64,000 nt of DNA from NCBI GenBank assembly GCA_030264375.1, contig JASCQW010000190.1:50624361-50688360 (forward strand), read 5' to 3'. The position numbers and the translations under genes are program-made. The notes below the pieces were generated by a model. The model saw only the letters and a list, made by a program, of their open reading frames with translations, did no database searches and was not told where the DNA came from. This DNA is from Carcharhinus longimanus (lineage: Eukaryota). The first letter of the stretch is position 1, and each line of letters begins with the position of its first letter. Shown here one piece after another: positions 1-12,850 of the stretch.

Positions 1-132
1 TGTGGATAGGTTTATGGACGAAAAGGGATTGGTTTAGATTAGTGGGTCAGTGTTTTTTTAAAAAAAAGCTGGTCGGCACAACATCGTGGGCCGAAGGGCC
101 TGTTCTGCGCTGTTATGTTCTATGTTCTATGT
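1..132 (+). mobile_element. 3' end of a CR1/HER1-type LINE (or partner SINE), truncated by the window start
   Basis: GGGCCGAAGGGCCTGTT stem-loop followed by a (TATGTTC)n tail, typical of elasmobranch CR1-clade 3' ends. Confidence 0.8.
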
Positions 133-456
133 TAAATGCTGAGTGCAGGTGGTGCAAGGGGCCTTTCTCTGAGGTAAATACGAGGTAGATGATTTGTTGT
201 AGAGATTTTGTGACAATATTTAAATAGTTATATAGCAATGTTTGAGGTAAAGCATGTGGTTTTTTTTGTATAATGGCCCTGCTGCTCTGAGTGAGATTCC
301 AGATAAGATACTTTGAAGAGAATTTGAAAAACCTATAGGACAGTTGTTGGGATAAATTATAAACACCACAGGTACTCTGAAGCACTTGCTGAAGCCAATG
401 TAATGTCGCTAGGGCCACTTTTAGTGTTGACAGATCTGCAGTTCAGTTGGATACTT

Positions 457-582
457 GGGCTGGAATTTTACCAACATGCACACCTGAGGCTCATAAGATC
501 GTGCCTGAAGCCAACGGAGAACGCCATATGTGAGCCTCGTCTACCGTGGTTTCAGGGCAGACGTGCCTGTAAAATCAGGCCC
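457..582. mobile_element. Short MITE with GGGC-starting imperfect TIRs (PIF/Harbinger-like)
   Basis: The left end GGGCTGGAATTTTAC and the right end GTAAAATCAGGCCC are imperfect inverted repeats. Related elements occur elsewhere in the window. Confidence 0.65.
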
Positions 583-849
583 TTGGCCTTGGCTTTGGTT
601 TGTGTAAAGAAAAACTAATTTGAACTGGAATGAATTTTGGAGAAAGCATAACTGTTTAGCAAAGCAAGATGATATCAAAATAAAGAGAGGGAAATTAGGG
701 CAGAATTTGTACAAGATCAGTATTGAGAAATATTTAATTAGAAACAGAAAAGAAAATAGGAAGAATTTATGTTTGCCTGAGAATGTTTCTGAAGCATCCA
801 GTATAAATTGCTTTGTAGTTCAGGAGATGGATACGCTGCCCATTTTGAA

Positions 850-1168
850 GAAGGCAACAATGTGAATTAGCAGATTATCTGTTTTTGGCATGTAGACTAA
901 GGGAAAAATTTGGCAAAGGGACCAAGATAGAGACTCTCTGCTCCATTTGAATTATAGCCATGGGGATTTGAATATCCATCATTCGAACCAACAGATTGAG
1001 TTCTGGTTAAACATCTCATTTAAAAGGCAGTACTTTCAACACTGTTGCAGTGCCTCAGTGCTACACTGAAGTCCAGCCCAGATCAGGTGCTCAAGACTCT
1101 GGATTAGGATTTGAACTCTCAAGTCTCTGGTTCCAGAGGTGAGAATGCTACCCGTTGAGCTGAGCCGA
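850..1168 (-). mobile_element. tRNA-derived DeuSINE (SacSINE1-like), decayed
   Basis: Reverse complement begins GGCTCAGCTCAACGGGTAGCATTCTCACCTCTG... with A/B-box-like motifs and aligns by eye to the + copy at 16540. Confidence 0.7.
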
Positions 1169-1446
1169 TAGAGTTAAAGGTAGCATATTCATGATAACAG
1201 AGCTGAAATATTAAGAAAACAGCTAATGAAAATCAATAAACGAGTACTTGCAGCATTCATTGTGCTGTTGATAGAATAAAGTGTTTTTGCACCACTATAA
1301 AGAGTACTGCAGCTTCAGGGTTATTGGGAGAGAGAAAAAATGAATAATCTGCAGCTCATAGAGACCAAGTTAAAATCTGGGCACCAAGGATTTCATTGCA
1401 GTAATACACTCCCTTGCGGACAACGTGTAACTACTCCACAAATGTT

Positions 1447-1700
1447 ATAAGAACATAAGAACATAAGAAATAGGAGCAGGAGTAGGCCATCTAGCCCCTC
1501 GAGCCTGCCCCGCCATTCANNNNNNNNNNNNNNNNNNNNNNNNNNNNNNNNNNNNNNNNNNNNNNNNNNNNNNNNNNNNNNNNNNNNNNNNNNNNNNNNN
1601 NNNNNNNNNNNNNNNNNNNGCCATTCAATAAGATCATGGCTGATCTGTCGTGTCTCAGTTCCACATTCCCGCCCTCTCCCCATAACCCTTAATCCTATAT
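1447..1700 (-). mobile_element. CR1-type LINE 3' tail spanning an N gap
   Basis: (ATAAGAAC)n tail plus GGAGCAGGAGTAGGCCAT...GAGCCTGCCCCGCCATTCA. Near-identical reverse complement of the tail at 12698-12767. Confidence 0.85.
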
Positions 1701-2743
1701 GAACAGGAAAAAGTTTTAAATATTCAGAATGGACAAAAAACACTGTACAGGTTTCATAAAAAAATGTGCACAGATGAGGAAGGATCTAACATTTACTTGA
1801 AGACTGGATCATCTTTGCTCAACAGGAGTGTTGAATTAATTTGAATGGAAATCCATGATGTTCAGAACAGCAACATGGGAGTTCCTATTGTAGATCAGAG
1901 CAGTAAGGGAATGGATTTGAAATTATTTGAACCTACACAGAGAAACAAGAGCATGGATAATGAAGGATTTTAATGGCACTGAATCCAGTGGCAATCTTTC
2001 AAAAAGGATAAATCTGTGCCGCTGGTAGAATTGTTACTGGATATATAACATATTAATAGGAGATCAAGGAAAAAACATCTTCCAATCATTTAGTCTGAGG
2101 TGATGGAAAATTTTGAAGGTTAGCAACACTTGAGCAGCAGTGGAGGGCAGGACCGAGGAATAAAACAGGAGACTAATATTTACTATGTAGTGCTGTACTA
2201 CCTAATACGGGTTGTAGATATGGACAGTGTGATGCTTTTAGACACACTAATTTTAGTAGAAACCTTTTACATATACACAATACAAGTAAATATACTTCTT
2301 GAGTGTGTATATTTACTCAATGAACATCTACCTCCAGTCAGTAACTAAGGAAGTCAAGCACTCACAAGGATGGAAAAGCACTCACACATTTTTGTCTTGT
2401 CATTTCATCACTAAATGCCCACAAAGGTTAAAGTCCAAATGCACACCTTGTGTGAAAATGAACATTTAGATTACATGCCCTATAATTTAGTAATCAATTA
2501 CAATTTGCCACATCTGGACTCCCAATTAGACACATGTGGTTAGAAGAAGGTTAATATTGGAGACCTGGAACAAGGTTGCTAAATAGTGAGATTAATAATC
2601 AATAAGATATAGGAAAAACACAAGATGCTTTAAAAAGGGTTTCAAACAGTCAGGTGGAAGCTCATAAGAGGTGACCAGGAATCTAAAGGATAAATTCTAA
2701 AAATGAAATTTAACGAGATATTCAGAGAATAAAAAGAGATTAG

Positions 2744-3073
<330 letters not shown>

Positions 3074-3697
3074 TAATCGAACCAGGGCAACATCAGCATG
3101 AGGCATGCATGTGCAATAAATGTTGGCTTTGTTTGATTAAATGGTCAGCGCTGGAATTTACATAGTTCTTTTTCAAATCAGAAGTTGGATATTGGAATTT
3201 GCTTGTCAAACAAACAACGAAAGACTCTTGTGGCATTAGTGGAATCTCAAGTACAAGATACATTTTGGATGTGGATTGATCCTTTTCGTCCGTGTTCAGT
3301 TGACTGTCTGTGCTCAACTGTCCCAATGTGGCTGCTTTTAAGTTTAGAATTTAAATGNNNNNNNNNNNNNNNNNNNNNNNNNNNNNNNNNNNNNNNNNNN
3401 NNNNNNNNNNNNNNNNNNNNNNNNNNNNNNNNNNNNNNNNNNNNNNNNNNNNNNNNNATGATGTAACTCTGTATCTGTCATACTTGACTCCTTGACTGAT
3501 AGTCATCAATGATGCTACTTAGCAAGTCCAGCACAAATCAACTTGAGGTGCTTACAGTGGCCTCCATGTGTTATATTAAAACAAACTTGTGTATTGTTTC
3601 CTGGAGAGCAAAGGCATTGATGATTTGTTCACATTAAAAATGCTGAGTTTGCCAATTCAGTTGTGCCCAGCGCTTATAATGCCCAGAGAGAGTATAT

Positions 3698-4507
3698 GGG
3701 TGGAGTTCTCCCATTCTGAGACTAAGTGCTGTGGTGAGGGGGTGGGAACGTGGAGTGTTTTCCACTCTGGAGGCTGGCGGGAAATGACGCCAAAACCTTT
3801 GTCCTGATCTTATTACTTATGCATGTGAGTTTTTCACATCATATTCAGTGGTGGGTCAGGCCTAGAAGTCATGTAGTTCATCATCATGTCCAGGCGTCAT
3901 ATTGAAAAGGCACCAACATCGCTGACCCACTATTGAAGAAAGAAGGTGGACCTCCTGATAATGAAGATGGGTTTCTGTGAGCGTTCCAAGATGAGAAGAT
4001 AGACCTCCAGACAAAGAAGATGGACCTCCAGGAACGTTTTTGAGGCTGGAAAGTGACTCCTCTCCAGGACATCAAATCTGGAAGGTTCCCCCTGAAGATG
4101 CTCTCCCCACCCACTGCTGCAGTGTTCAGGGTTGCCAGCGGCCTCCATCCTGAACTCTGGAGGCAGCCTCTGGCATTACTTAGATGAGTCTTGAGATCCA
4201 CACAGAACCATAGAACATTGTTCCAAACATGTTCCATGCCATTGGGTTTTCTTGCCAGTATTGTGGAAACTATGGCAGGGGGACGGGGGGAATTGGGGAG
4301 ACGGACAACTTCATAGTCGTCCCATTAACAGGATACAAATGAGGTTCAGTTTGGCTTCTGACAAGTTTCCTGACCTGCCATGGCAGAACAGCTGTGGATC
4401 CCATCATAAATTCACATTGGATGAAACCAATTTTTTGGCCTCCCATCATATTTTTCACCCGCACCTGCCATCAAACTCGCCAGTGGGGGCTTGGGAGAAT
4501 TCCGCTG
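3698..4507. mobile_element. Decayed non-autonomous DNA transposon (PIF/Harbinger-like termini), ~810 bp
   Basis: GGGTGGAGTTCTCCCA (3698-3713) and TGGGAGAATTCCGCTG (4492-4507) are inverted repeats (12/16). The interior is more GC-rich than the flanks. Confidence 0.55.
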
Positions 4508-5512
4508 TCTCTACCAGATTTGAACTTTACTTCAGATTCAAATCCCAATCATGTTATGAATTGGATCACACAGCCAGCTCAGAACAAAATAGATAACATG
4601 TGCCACCATCGCACTTGGAACATGTACATTACCTTTACGAAAAGCAGCTGATGTTAATAGATTTTAAACAGAGCATTAGTCCCTCTGTTGCCTTCAGCTG
4701 TTTTGTCATGACCATGCATATGTGCAGTTGTATGTGTGCCGAGTATGTGTACTCCCTCCAGTGGTTTGGTGATTGCACCATATCCTCAGTGATTTTTGAA
4801 TTGATGTTTGTATAAAATTGCAGCCTCAGGCTTGATACGGAGTTTGTTTTGCTATTGGGTTACAACTCTGGCATTATTGTTAAAGGCCTGAGCTGACTGA
4901 ATTACAGACTTCTAGACCCATCCTCAATGCATCCACACAACATAACCCTCAGGCATAAGATCAACCAATCCTGATGGTAGAATGTGGTAACCTTTTCTAC
5001 TTCTAGCATCCACTCATTGTACCCATTAAATAAAAAACTGTAAAACCCATTTAGATGCAATGGATTAATACCCAGTTTGCAGACTCCTTTACTTACTTCA
5101 TAGAGATATAAATTTGTAATTGCTATGGTAACATTTTTGAGATGTTAGTAGAAAGCTGACCAACACATGAAGCTGCATGATCTTTCCTTGTGCTGTGCAA
5201 TGCATTAGTGAAAAAAATTGTGATGTAAGAACCCAGAATCTGAAATGTACAAAGATGACCATCTTCTCTGAAGGTACAGATCGTGTAGTATTTAGTTCTG
5301 CCATCTGATCAGCATCCTGTGTTTACTTCTGAGAAATTCCTCATAGTTACTCAATTATTTTTCTATTACAATCTCCTGGTGTAGGGTCATCTCCAGAAGC
5401 CAAGTAAGGGTTAAGGGTTTCAAAGCTAACATTGAGATATTGACAGTTGTTAAGTTAGAATCCTAATGGGAGGGGTGCATTCGATCTCCATGTAGGAATG
5501 ATGAAGAGATAT

Positions 5513-5626
5513 GGACCAGAATTTTATTGCCTGATTTCAGGGCAGGTGAGGCTCGGAGAACGGAATCCTCCCTTCGCCTCAAAAGGGATTGTATGAGTCT
5601 TTCCTGGACAAAGTCGCAAAATCCCA
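5513..5626. mobile_element. Decayed MITE related to 457-582
   Basis: GGACCAGAATTTTA...GCAAAATCCCAG ends. Shares TTTCAGGGCAG, TGAGGCTC and GGAGAACG words with the 457 element. Confidence 0.45.
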
Positions 5627-6699
5627 GTGATGGTTTGAATTCCTTTTTTGGTTGTGAGCTGTCTTTGGGAACATTTCAGATTTTACATCCAGCATGAATG
5701 ACACACAATAACTCCATTTGCTTAGAAATGGTGGGCTAAAATAGCATAGTGAACAGTTAAAGTTGCACAGTCACTGTTTATGGCATCATGTGAACCTCTT
5801 TCTTCAAGCAAGTAGATTGTAGCATGCTTGCAATCATCTAGTTTGTTATAGAAGCCTTGACTTTTAATGTTACAGAGTGCAGTCTTCGTCCACCGCAATT
5901 AGACTTTAATGTATTTTGCTAAAAGCTTGCTGGACTATTCCGTTGCAAGACTATCTAACTTAGAGCATTTGTAGAATATGATAACTTTACTTGTAGCACA
6001 ATGGATACTTCTTCTCTGCTTTTTTCTCTGCGCCCTCCTCCTCTTACTCCCAGTGGTTTTGACTCTGTAATGGAGTATGAATCCAGGACCAGGCTTCCTT
6101 TGCTAGCACACCAGTGGCCATGTGTAGATTTTCACAGACAGAGTTATCAGCCTGATCCATGATGGGTACACTCCCAGCTAAGCACAATGCCATGATACCT
6201 GATCACACATTCGCAGTTTCAGCAGGAATTATTGGTTAGTGAAAAGGAGCAGGCATACTGGCCAATCTTTTTCTCCCTAACCCACAGGTGCTGAGGCAGA
6301 ATTGCAGCTTTGCCTGAGATTCATCACCTTGGACTAGATATTAAATGTATGGCTGTTTAGTTTGTACAGTTTCTGTTTCAAATGACCTTAATTCGATTGT
6401 AAGAGATACCCCACTGTGAAAGTTAAAGGACATGGCATTTGCAGTATGATATACCTTATGGCACTGGGCATGGAAAAAGTAAATAAACTAAGGGTTAATA
6501 TTAGAAAGTGCTCATCCAGGCCTGATGGGTCACAAGTGTGTGTATTCTATAGCTGGTAACTCCCTTGAGTCCAGTGTGATATGATTATAGTTGTTATGTA
6601 GAGGATATTCCCTTAAGACTGTGTAATGTGATTAGAGGTGTTTTTGTAGAAGATATTTCTGTGGGTATAATTAGAAGTGCTATACAGAGGATACTCTGT

Positions 6700-6870
6700 G
6701 GCCAAACAACTCCCTGCTCCAGGTTCATGCAAGAGACCATTGGCAACACTTTCAGAATAAACAACCTTCTGCAAGCTTCCCTTCTCCATTTACTCCATTC
6801 TCAGTTCTTACGCCTGAAGCAAGAAGATAATGACAACTTCCTCAAAATTGATGCTATCCACCATCCTGCA
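6700..6870 (+). mobile_element. Possible Penelope-like RT relic
   Basis: The peptide LHSQFLRLKQEDNDNF resembles the PLE thumb motif IPxSQFLRLRRICSxxxxF. SRFMQETIG may be a decayed RYIDDxxG. Confidence 0.4.
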
Positions 6871-7089
6871 ACACTTGTTCATCTTCAACCAGCTCTTGTC
6901 AGTTTTAACTTCCTCTGAGAAATGCTCATGCTTTTAAAATTGAAATGCCCATCAACTTTCCTATCCTCTCAGCCTAGAACCACCCCCCTCCAAAATTATC
7001 TTCATCCAAACACCTTGAATCTATTGGTTCCACTCAACCCATCCACCATTCCCTGCTTCAGTTCTTCCAGTCTGGTGCTATCCATGTCC

Positions 7090-8000
7090 AACTCAGACTC
7101 TCTTGCTCAGAGTCATCATTGACAACTTATGTGAGTGATTGTGGTGTTCTCTTCCTTCTCCATCTCTCTGTGACTTGTACGATTAGCCATTCCATTCTCT
7201 TTCATCGCTAGTCCTCTACAGCTCACCTCAGCAGCATTGTATTCTTCTGGTTCCATTCTATGTTATTGAAATGAATTAAACATATATTTTACAATATTTC
7301 AGCTTCCAATGCCCAACCGTTCATTACTGATAGGCCCAGAAGGTCAATTCCTGGTTTCTCTCCTATTCATAACTTCTATAATGCTTTTTACCAATAATAT
7401 AAAGATATATGTCTGCCCAGAGTATCACACTGTTTCGTGTTTGATTCCATAACTGGCATTTTTATATCTGACACTTTTTGCATTGGATCCTGAACCAGCT
7501 GAAATTTTGTTCAGTTCGTGCGAACAGGAGTGAAGTCATTCTGATCGGCTTAAATCAAATGATGTTGATTTTGCCTTTGTCCGATGCTGCTTGATGGAAC
7601 TCAACTGTGCTTAGTCTATAGCTAAATATCTTTGCGTTCACCTCTGAAACTGTTCAGTCTAATGCCCTGACAACATTCCCACAACTGCTGAGACTTTCAG
7701 TCATGCCTTCATCATTTTCGGCATTCTTTGAGCCACAGTGATGAAGCTGTCATACATAGAAATCTCTGCATACTCATTACTCCTGTCCTTGCTAACCTCT
7801 GCTGATTCCCAGAATATTAATTTCAAAATCCTAGCTGCCATCTTGTTCTTACTCCTTTGAGCCTCCCCAATCTTTCTTTCAATCCAAGATTTCAGCAGGT
7901 ACCCTCTGCCCTAAGTCAAATTATTTTGTGCCCTTAACATTCTGCTTTTCTTTGATCTCTTGTCCTGCACATTTTCTCCTTTCCTTCAAAAACCTCCTCA
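7090..8000 (+). mobile_element. Highly decayed L2-clade LINE fragment
   Basis: Pyrimidine-rich sequence with relics of L2 RT motifs (TGGTTCCATTCTAT = WFxSY; a P-x-G-S-I-x-G-x-L-L-F-like stretch at ~7335-7370). Confidence 0.4.
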
Positions 8001-11000
8001 AAATCCATGACCAAGTTTCTCACTCTTCTCCTCTTCCCCTGAGCTTCCCAGTTCTGAGACAGCTGAAAGGTATCTTGTGACGAGTGGTGTTATGTAGAGA
8101 CTATTCCCTGAAGACTGGTGTGATATGGTTAGCTACACTTCAGAGGTTATTCGCTCAGGACTGATTTATTTAGAGATGTGTACAGAAGGTATTGACTTGG
8201 AATGGAATTGATGGGGGACTAGGTTATCCTCCTGAGATTGCCAGCTGGTAATGCCTGCATGCTAGTGGCATTGCAGTGTCCTAGGAATAGGTTACATATT
8301 TACCCTTTGTGGTCAGTGCATCTTATAGACCTAGCTGTCCAAAAGATTCGGGAAAAATTAAAAATACCATTGTTTATTAGAAGGAGTTGCAGTTCCGCAC
8401 TATTTTTCTTTATTCTGATGTTAGTATAATCAGGCATAATACAACTCAGTTCAAATACCACCTAGCCTCCTTCAAATATGCATGTACTGAGTTATATCTT
8501 CTGTGTTTGTAGCCCTTTGCATAAACTACGTGATAACACTTCTGATAAGTCTCTATTCACAGTACTTATTGGCAGCACATCCCAGCTGAGGAAGGAGTGT
8601 GGAGAATTTAATTCTCACTTTGGGTTATTAATAACTCCTTATCTTTCCTTCTCTCATCTAAAGAGAGCTCAAGTGTTAGTGACTAGGATTGGTTTCTAAA
8701 ACTTGGACCCTTGACTGTGGTCATATGGGAATACATTCACATAGAAATTCTGCAGAAATTTCTCAAGTCATAGTCATTTTTATTCGGCTCCTGCTGTGCC
8801 GGTCTGATTTTCATGTTTGGGCATTTAAATTAATTTATTTAGTTCTGATTACTTTCTATTACTGTTCAATCTATTTTTTTGAAACTTGCTTCATCAAACT
8901 AACTAATTGCAAGTGATTACTTCAGCTGCCATTTTTAGAATTGTTTTAAAATTAAAAAGATCCCTTTTTGAAAAAAAAATCCTTGTTAGACAAATTTACA
9001 AAATGCAAAGTGCCATTGTACTTTTAAATGATGCAGTACTAATTCAGCCAGTCACAGATTTAACATGAGTGACATGTTATTGAGCGTGGAACTGCTGATG
9101 TTATATTGTGATTCTACCACTTCTGTAAACAGCCAGTTAAAAATCATTTTTTCATTTAAAGTATACCAATATAGTTAGCTATCATGGTATGACAAGATTT
9201 TCATCCAAATTGAAGAGCATTAGACAATACATGAACTAACAACCATTAACTGAAGAGTGGTTATAGGTGCATCTCTGAGACTGGCCATATTACTAATCAA
9301 GATAATTAATGGAGAAGAAAATAAAATGCTTTGGGTTTCTCTATCTCACTGCCTGTTTGACTACTTGTTACTTCATGTATCTCAGAATCATATGTTGGTA
9401 TAAGAGGCAAATGTGAGCTCACCTGATGAAACCTAACCAAAAGGTTCCAAGTATGAAGCAGAATCTCTGCTGGCCTAGCCAGTGCTGTTGCCTGATGAAT
9501 AGTCGGTTTTAGTGCCCTTAACAAAAGGTGGGGGAATAAAATAATCTTAAAGTTTGCGCTCCTTATTGCTGTCCAGTAACTGTCTCACCTGGCCTCAAAC
9601 AGACTCCCAGAGAGAATGTCCCTTCCATTATGCCCCTGCCTTCACTTAGAAAGTGCACTTTGTACAAGCAGAGATTGGGCTCATCTGTAATGTCTTGATA
9701 GTCAAATAGCCTACAAAATTTACTGTCTACAGTCAAACATGCAAAAAAAAACACCCTCTTGGGCAAGGTACTGGAGGGGCCCAAGTGGGGTGGAAGAAGG
9801 AATAGTTTTTATGCACAACTGCACACAAATGTAAGGCTTCAGAGGATTGGTAAAGCATTTAGGTGAATATTAACCGCTGAAGCGTAATCCCATGGGTAAA
9901 CCCAGGCCTGGCAGATTAACTCATGGCATACCAGATGCTGTAACCAACGGTAAATGTCAGTAATAATGAATTGTCCCACTATACGTTGACAATTCCACTA
10001 AGTTCTTTACCTTAAAGAAAATCAAGCAAAAGAAGTTATATCTATCACCTGAGGAGAAACATTTTATGTCTGAAACTAGCAGGTTGATAGAACAAATAAA
10101 TATTAAATGGGTTTCTAGAAGGGACTAACCAGGTCCCTGTTAACAAGTGAAATTTAGGTTGTTAGAAAAGTGGATGGGTGGGCTGGATGAGTTGGAAATC
10201 CTCTCTCATCTGCAACTGATGCAAGGTTCTGAAACAATTAATTGAAGCAACCACAACCAGAGACAGTGTTATTTTGAGTTGCCACGCCAGTCAGAAGTAA
10301 AAGAATTGTGTTTTGAGATGCCATGAGTTAGTAAATTGAAAATGAGCGGAGTCCCACAAGGGTAGCGAGGATGTCTTCAATTTCACCAATGTTTGGTACC
10401 AATACCACTCATATTAATAGGGATTACAGAAAGAGCATAAATAAAGTTCTTTAATCTCTGCAGCATGGGTTTAAATCCACTCCAAATAGTGAAGCTCGAA
10501 AGAGTGGAGTGGAACACTCCCGCTTTGACTCTGGATTTGAAGTGGATTTGACTTCAACTTGATCTGGATTAACTGGTTTTGAATGAGATTTGAGGTAATT
10601 GGGAACATGTTCTCATCTCCCTATTGACTGTCGTAGATTCTGAGGGCGTATTTGCCTTGTTTTATTACAGCTCCCAGCAAATATCTGCTTAAGCTTAGAT
10701 TTTGGCATCTTGGTCGGGTAAGATAGAGTAAGACTTAGAATGCAACTCATCCAACCATGGACATTAATTCTAAAGATTGTTATTTGCTTGATTACATCAA
10801 TATAGCTAGAAAAAATGTTCAAGACAGTATTGAGGAGAAAAGTCTGGGAACAGTGACACATTCAGATAGAGTCACCTAGGTCCGGCTGAGAGCAGAAGGC
10901 CCAGGCGACAGTGAGACAAGAGAGTTTCTCCCATCCCTCTGCCTCACTCAGTAGGTATCACACAAGCTTCCAGTGCAGTTAGGAAGTAAAGATATGAGCG

Positions 11001-11954
11001 CTTTTATTCAATTTTCTTGCATTGGTGGCATTTCTGTATCCTTTCTGAGCACAAATAATTCCATAGCAATTGTTTATTAGCTTATCATATCAACTCATCT
11101 ATGCTTAACCTTAGTAAACACCTCAGAATCTGCAGTTCACTTGGATGCTACTGATGTGCAGAATGATAGTTGCATTAAAAGTTATGGTAACAGTGTAGGT
11201 GTATGAATTCACAACCCTCACGCAAATGCTGCATTCTTGTGAAAGGGTTGATGGTTTGGGCTAAACAATTTTGCAGGGCAGGGAATGAGGCTTTGAACAG
11301 TCCAAGGAATGGTAGAAGGGATACGATTTCAAAATTGGAACAGATATAGGCCATTCAACCTGATCCACCCATCAATTAGATCATGCCTCATCTGCCATGA
11401 AGCTCCTCTTAACTCAGATTGGATGTTCAGGGACTCTGCTCATTTCTGGGAGAAGGGGGCTAGAAAGTGCTCGGTATGCACTACAAGCAACCAGTAACAC
11501 TTGAGGCAAAAGCCAGCTCCCTTGGTGGAGATTTCCACTTTTTGTTTAACTGAAGTCCACACCAGCCTATTAAATACAATGTCAGGTCAGTATGTTTGAC
11601 AATCTACAGATTCTTGCACGGTTTTAATTTGCGATGGAACAAATTTTAACATAAGCCAATTCCAGCTCAAAGGGCCCATTAACGAGTCATGGGCTTGACA
11701 CCAGTTGATTCAAGTCAATTGAAAGTCATTGAACACTATGGAATTGGAAATTAGACCAGAGTACAGAATTTCCCTTTCTGATTTCCCCCTCTCATTCAAT
11801 CGCTCCCAAAATCTGGGACTCCGATTTGCAAACAAACACAAATGCCTGCTTAGTTTGTGCTCCCTGAGTCACTCGGGTTAATCTCAGTGACTTTCTTCAA
11901 CAAGGATCTTGGATCAAAAACCAACAGGCAAAAAAAGGAAGTGCCTGAATGCTG

Positions 11955-11975
11955 TGCTCTGTCCAGGGTACTGAA
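11955..11975 (-). promoter_or_regulatory. Candidate RE1/NRSE (REST-binding silencer)
   Basis: Minus strand TTCAGTACCCTGGACAGAGCA versus canonical TTCAGCACCATGGACAGCGCC: 17/21, canonical 2-bp spacer, intact GGACAG half-site, inside a neuronal gene. Confidence 0.65.
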
Positions 11976-12339
11976 AAGTCACTTTACTCCAGCAGTTAAT
12001 AATCAGTCACATAAGGTTTTGTTATCACTGTGATGCAGACTTGAAATACACCTCACAGTTAAGAATGGGCCAATTTAGGTCATCCCCTCTAGCAAAAGAC
12101 TTTTTAAAAAATTGCATATTTAAGTTTAGATATTCAGTATGGATTCCTAAGAAGAAGCTAATTTGGAGGAATCATAGCTGAGAAGCCATTTGTGTGCCTG
12201 CAGTCTTGAAACATACAGCCTCATTAATCATAGTAAAGAGTCTTTTCACCTTATATACTGACCCCATATTTATAATAGGAATTTAAGGATATTACAACAA
12301 ATCAAATGCATGGCAATCAGCAAAGTCTGCATTTCTTGT

Positions 12340-12850
12340 AATGTGGTAGGAATTGAATTTATATAGCAGCTTTCACAACTTCAGAACATGCCAACACCAG
12401 TGAAGAACCTATTGAATTGTAGTAGCAGTTGTCATATAGAAAATATGATGGTCAATCTGCACATGGCCACCTGAAAGGGTAGGCACTGCCTTATCCACAA
12501 GATGGCACCTCTGATAATGAATGAGGGGGTTGAGCTATGAGGAGAGGCTGAATAAACTAGGCTTGTACTCGTTAGAGTTTAGAAGAATGAGGGGAGANNN
12601 NNNNNNNNNNNNNNNNNNNNNNNNNNNNNNNNNNNNNNNNNNNNNNNNNNNNNNNNNNNNNNNNNNNNNNNNNNNNNNNNNNNNNNNNNNNNNNNNNTGG
12701 CGGGGCAGGCTCGAAGGGCTAGATGGCCTACTCCTGCTCATATTTCTTATTTTCTTATGTTCTTATGTAAATGCTCATCTGGACATTGTGTTCAAGTATC
12801 TGGAGAGAGACCTGAACCTTTAGCCTGAAAGGTGAGAGTGCTACTATCAG
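12340..12850 (-). mobile_element. DeuSINE-like element interrupted by a CR1 fragment
   Basis: L2-like tail and body words (12350-12520) and the tRNA-like head (12775-12850) lie on either side of the CR1 insert. Confidence 0.55.
12521..12767 (+). mobile_element. 5'-truncated young CR1 LINE (ORF2 C-terminus and 3' tail, with N gap)
   Basis: MRGLSYEERLNKLGLYSLEFRRMRG is the CR1 ORF2 C-terminal motif. Ends in (TTCTTATG)n. Confidence 0.9.
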
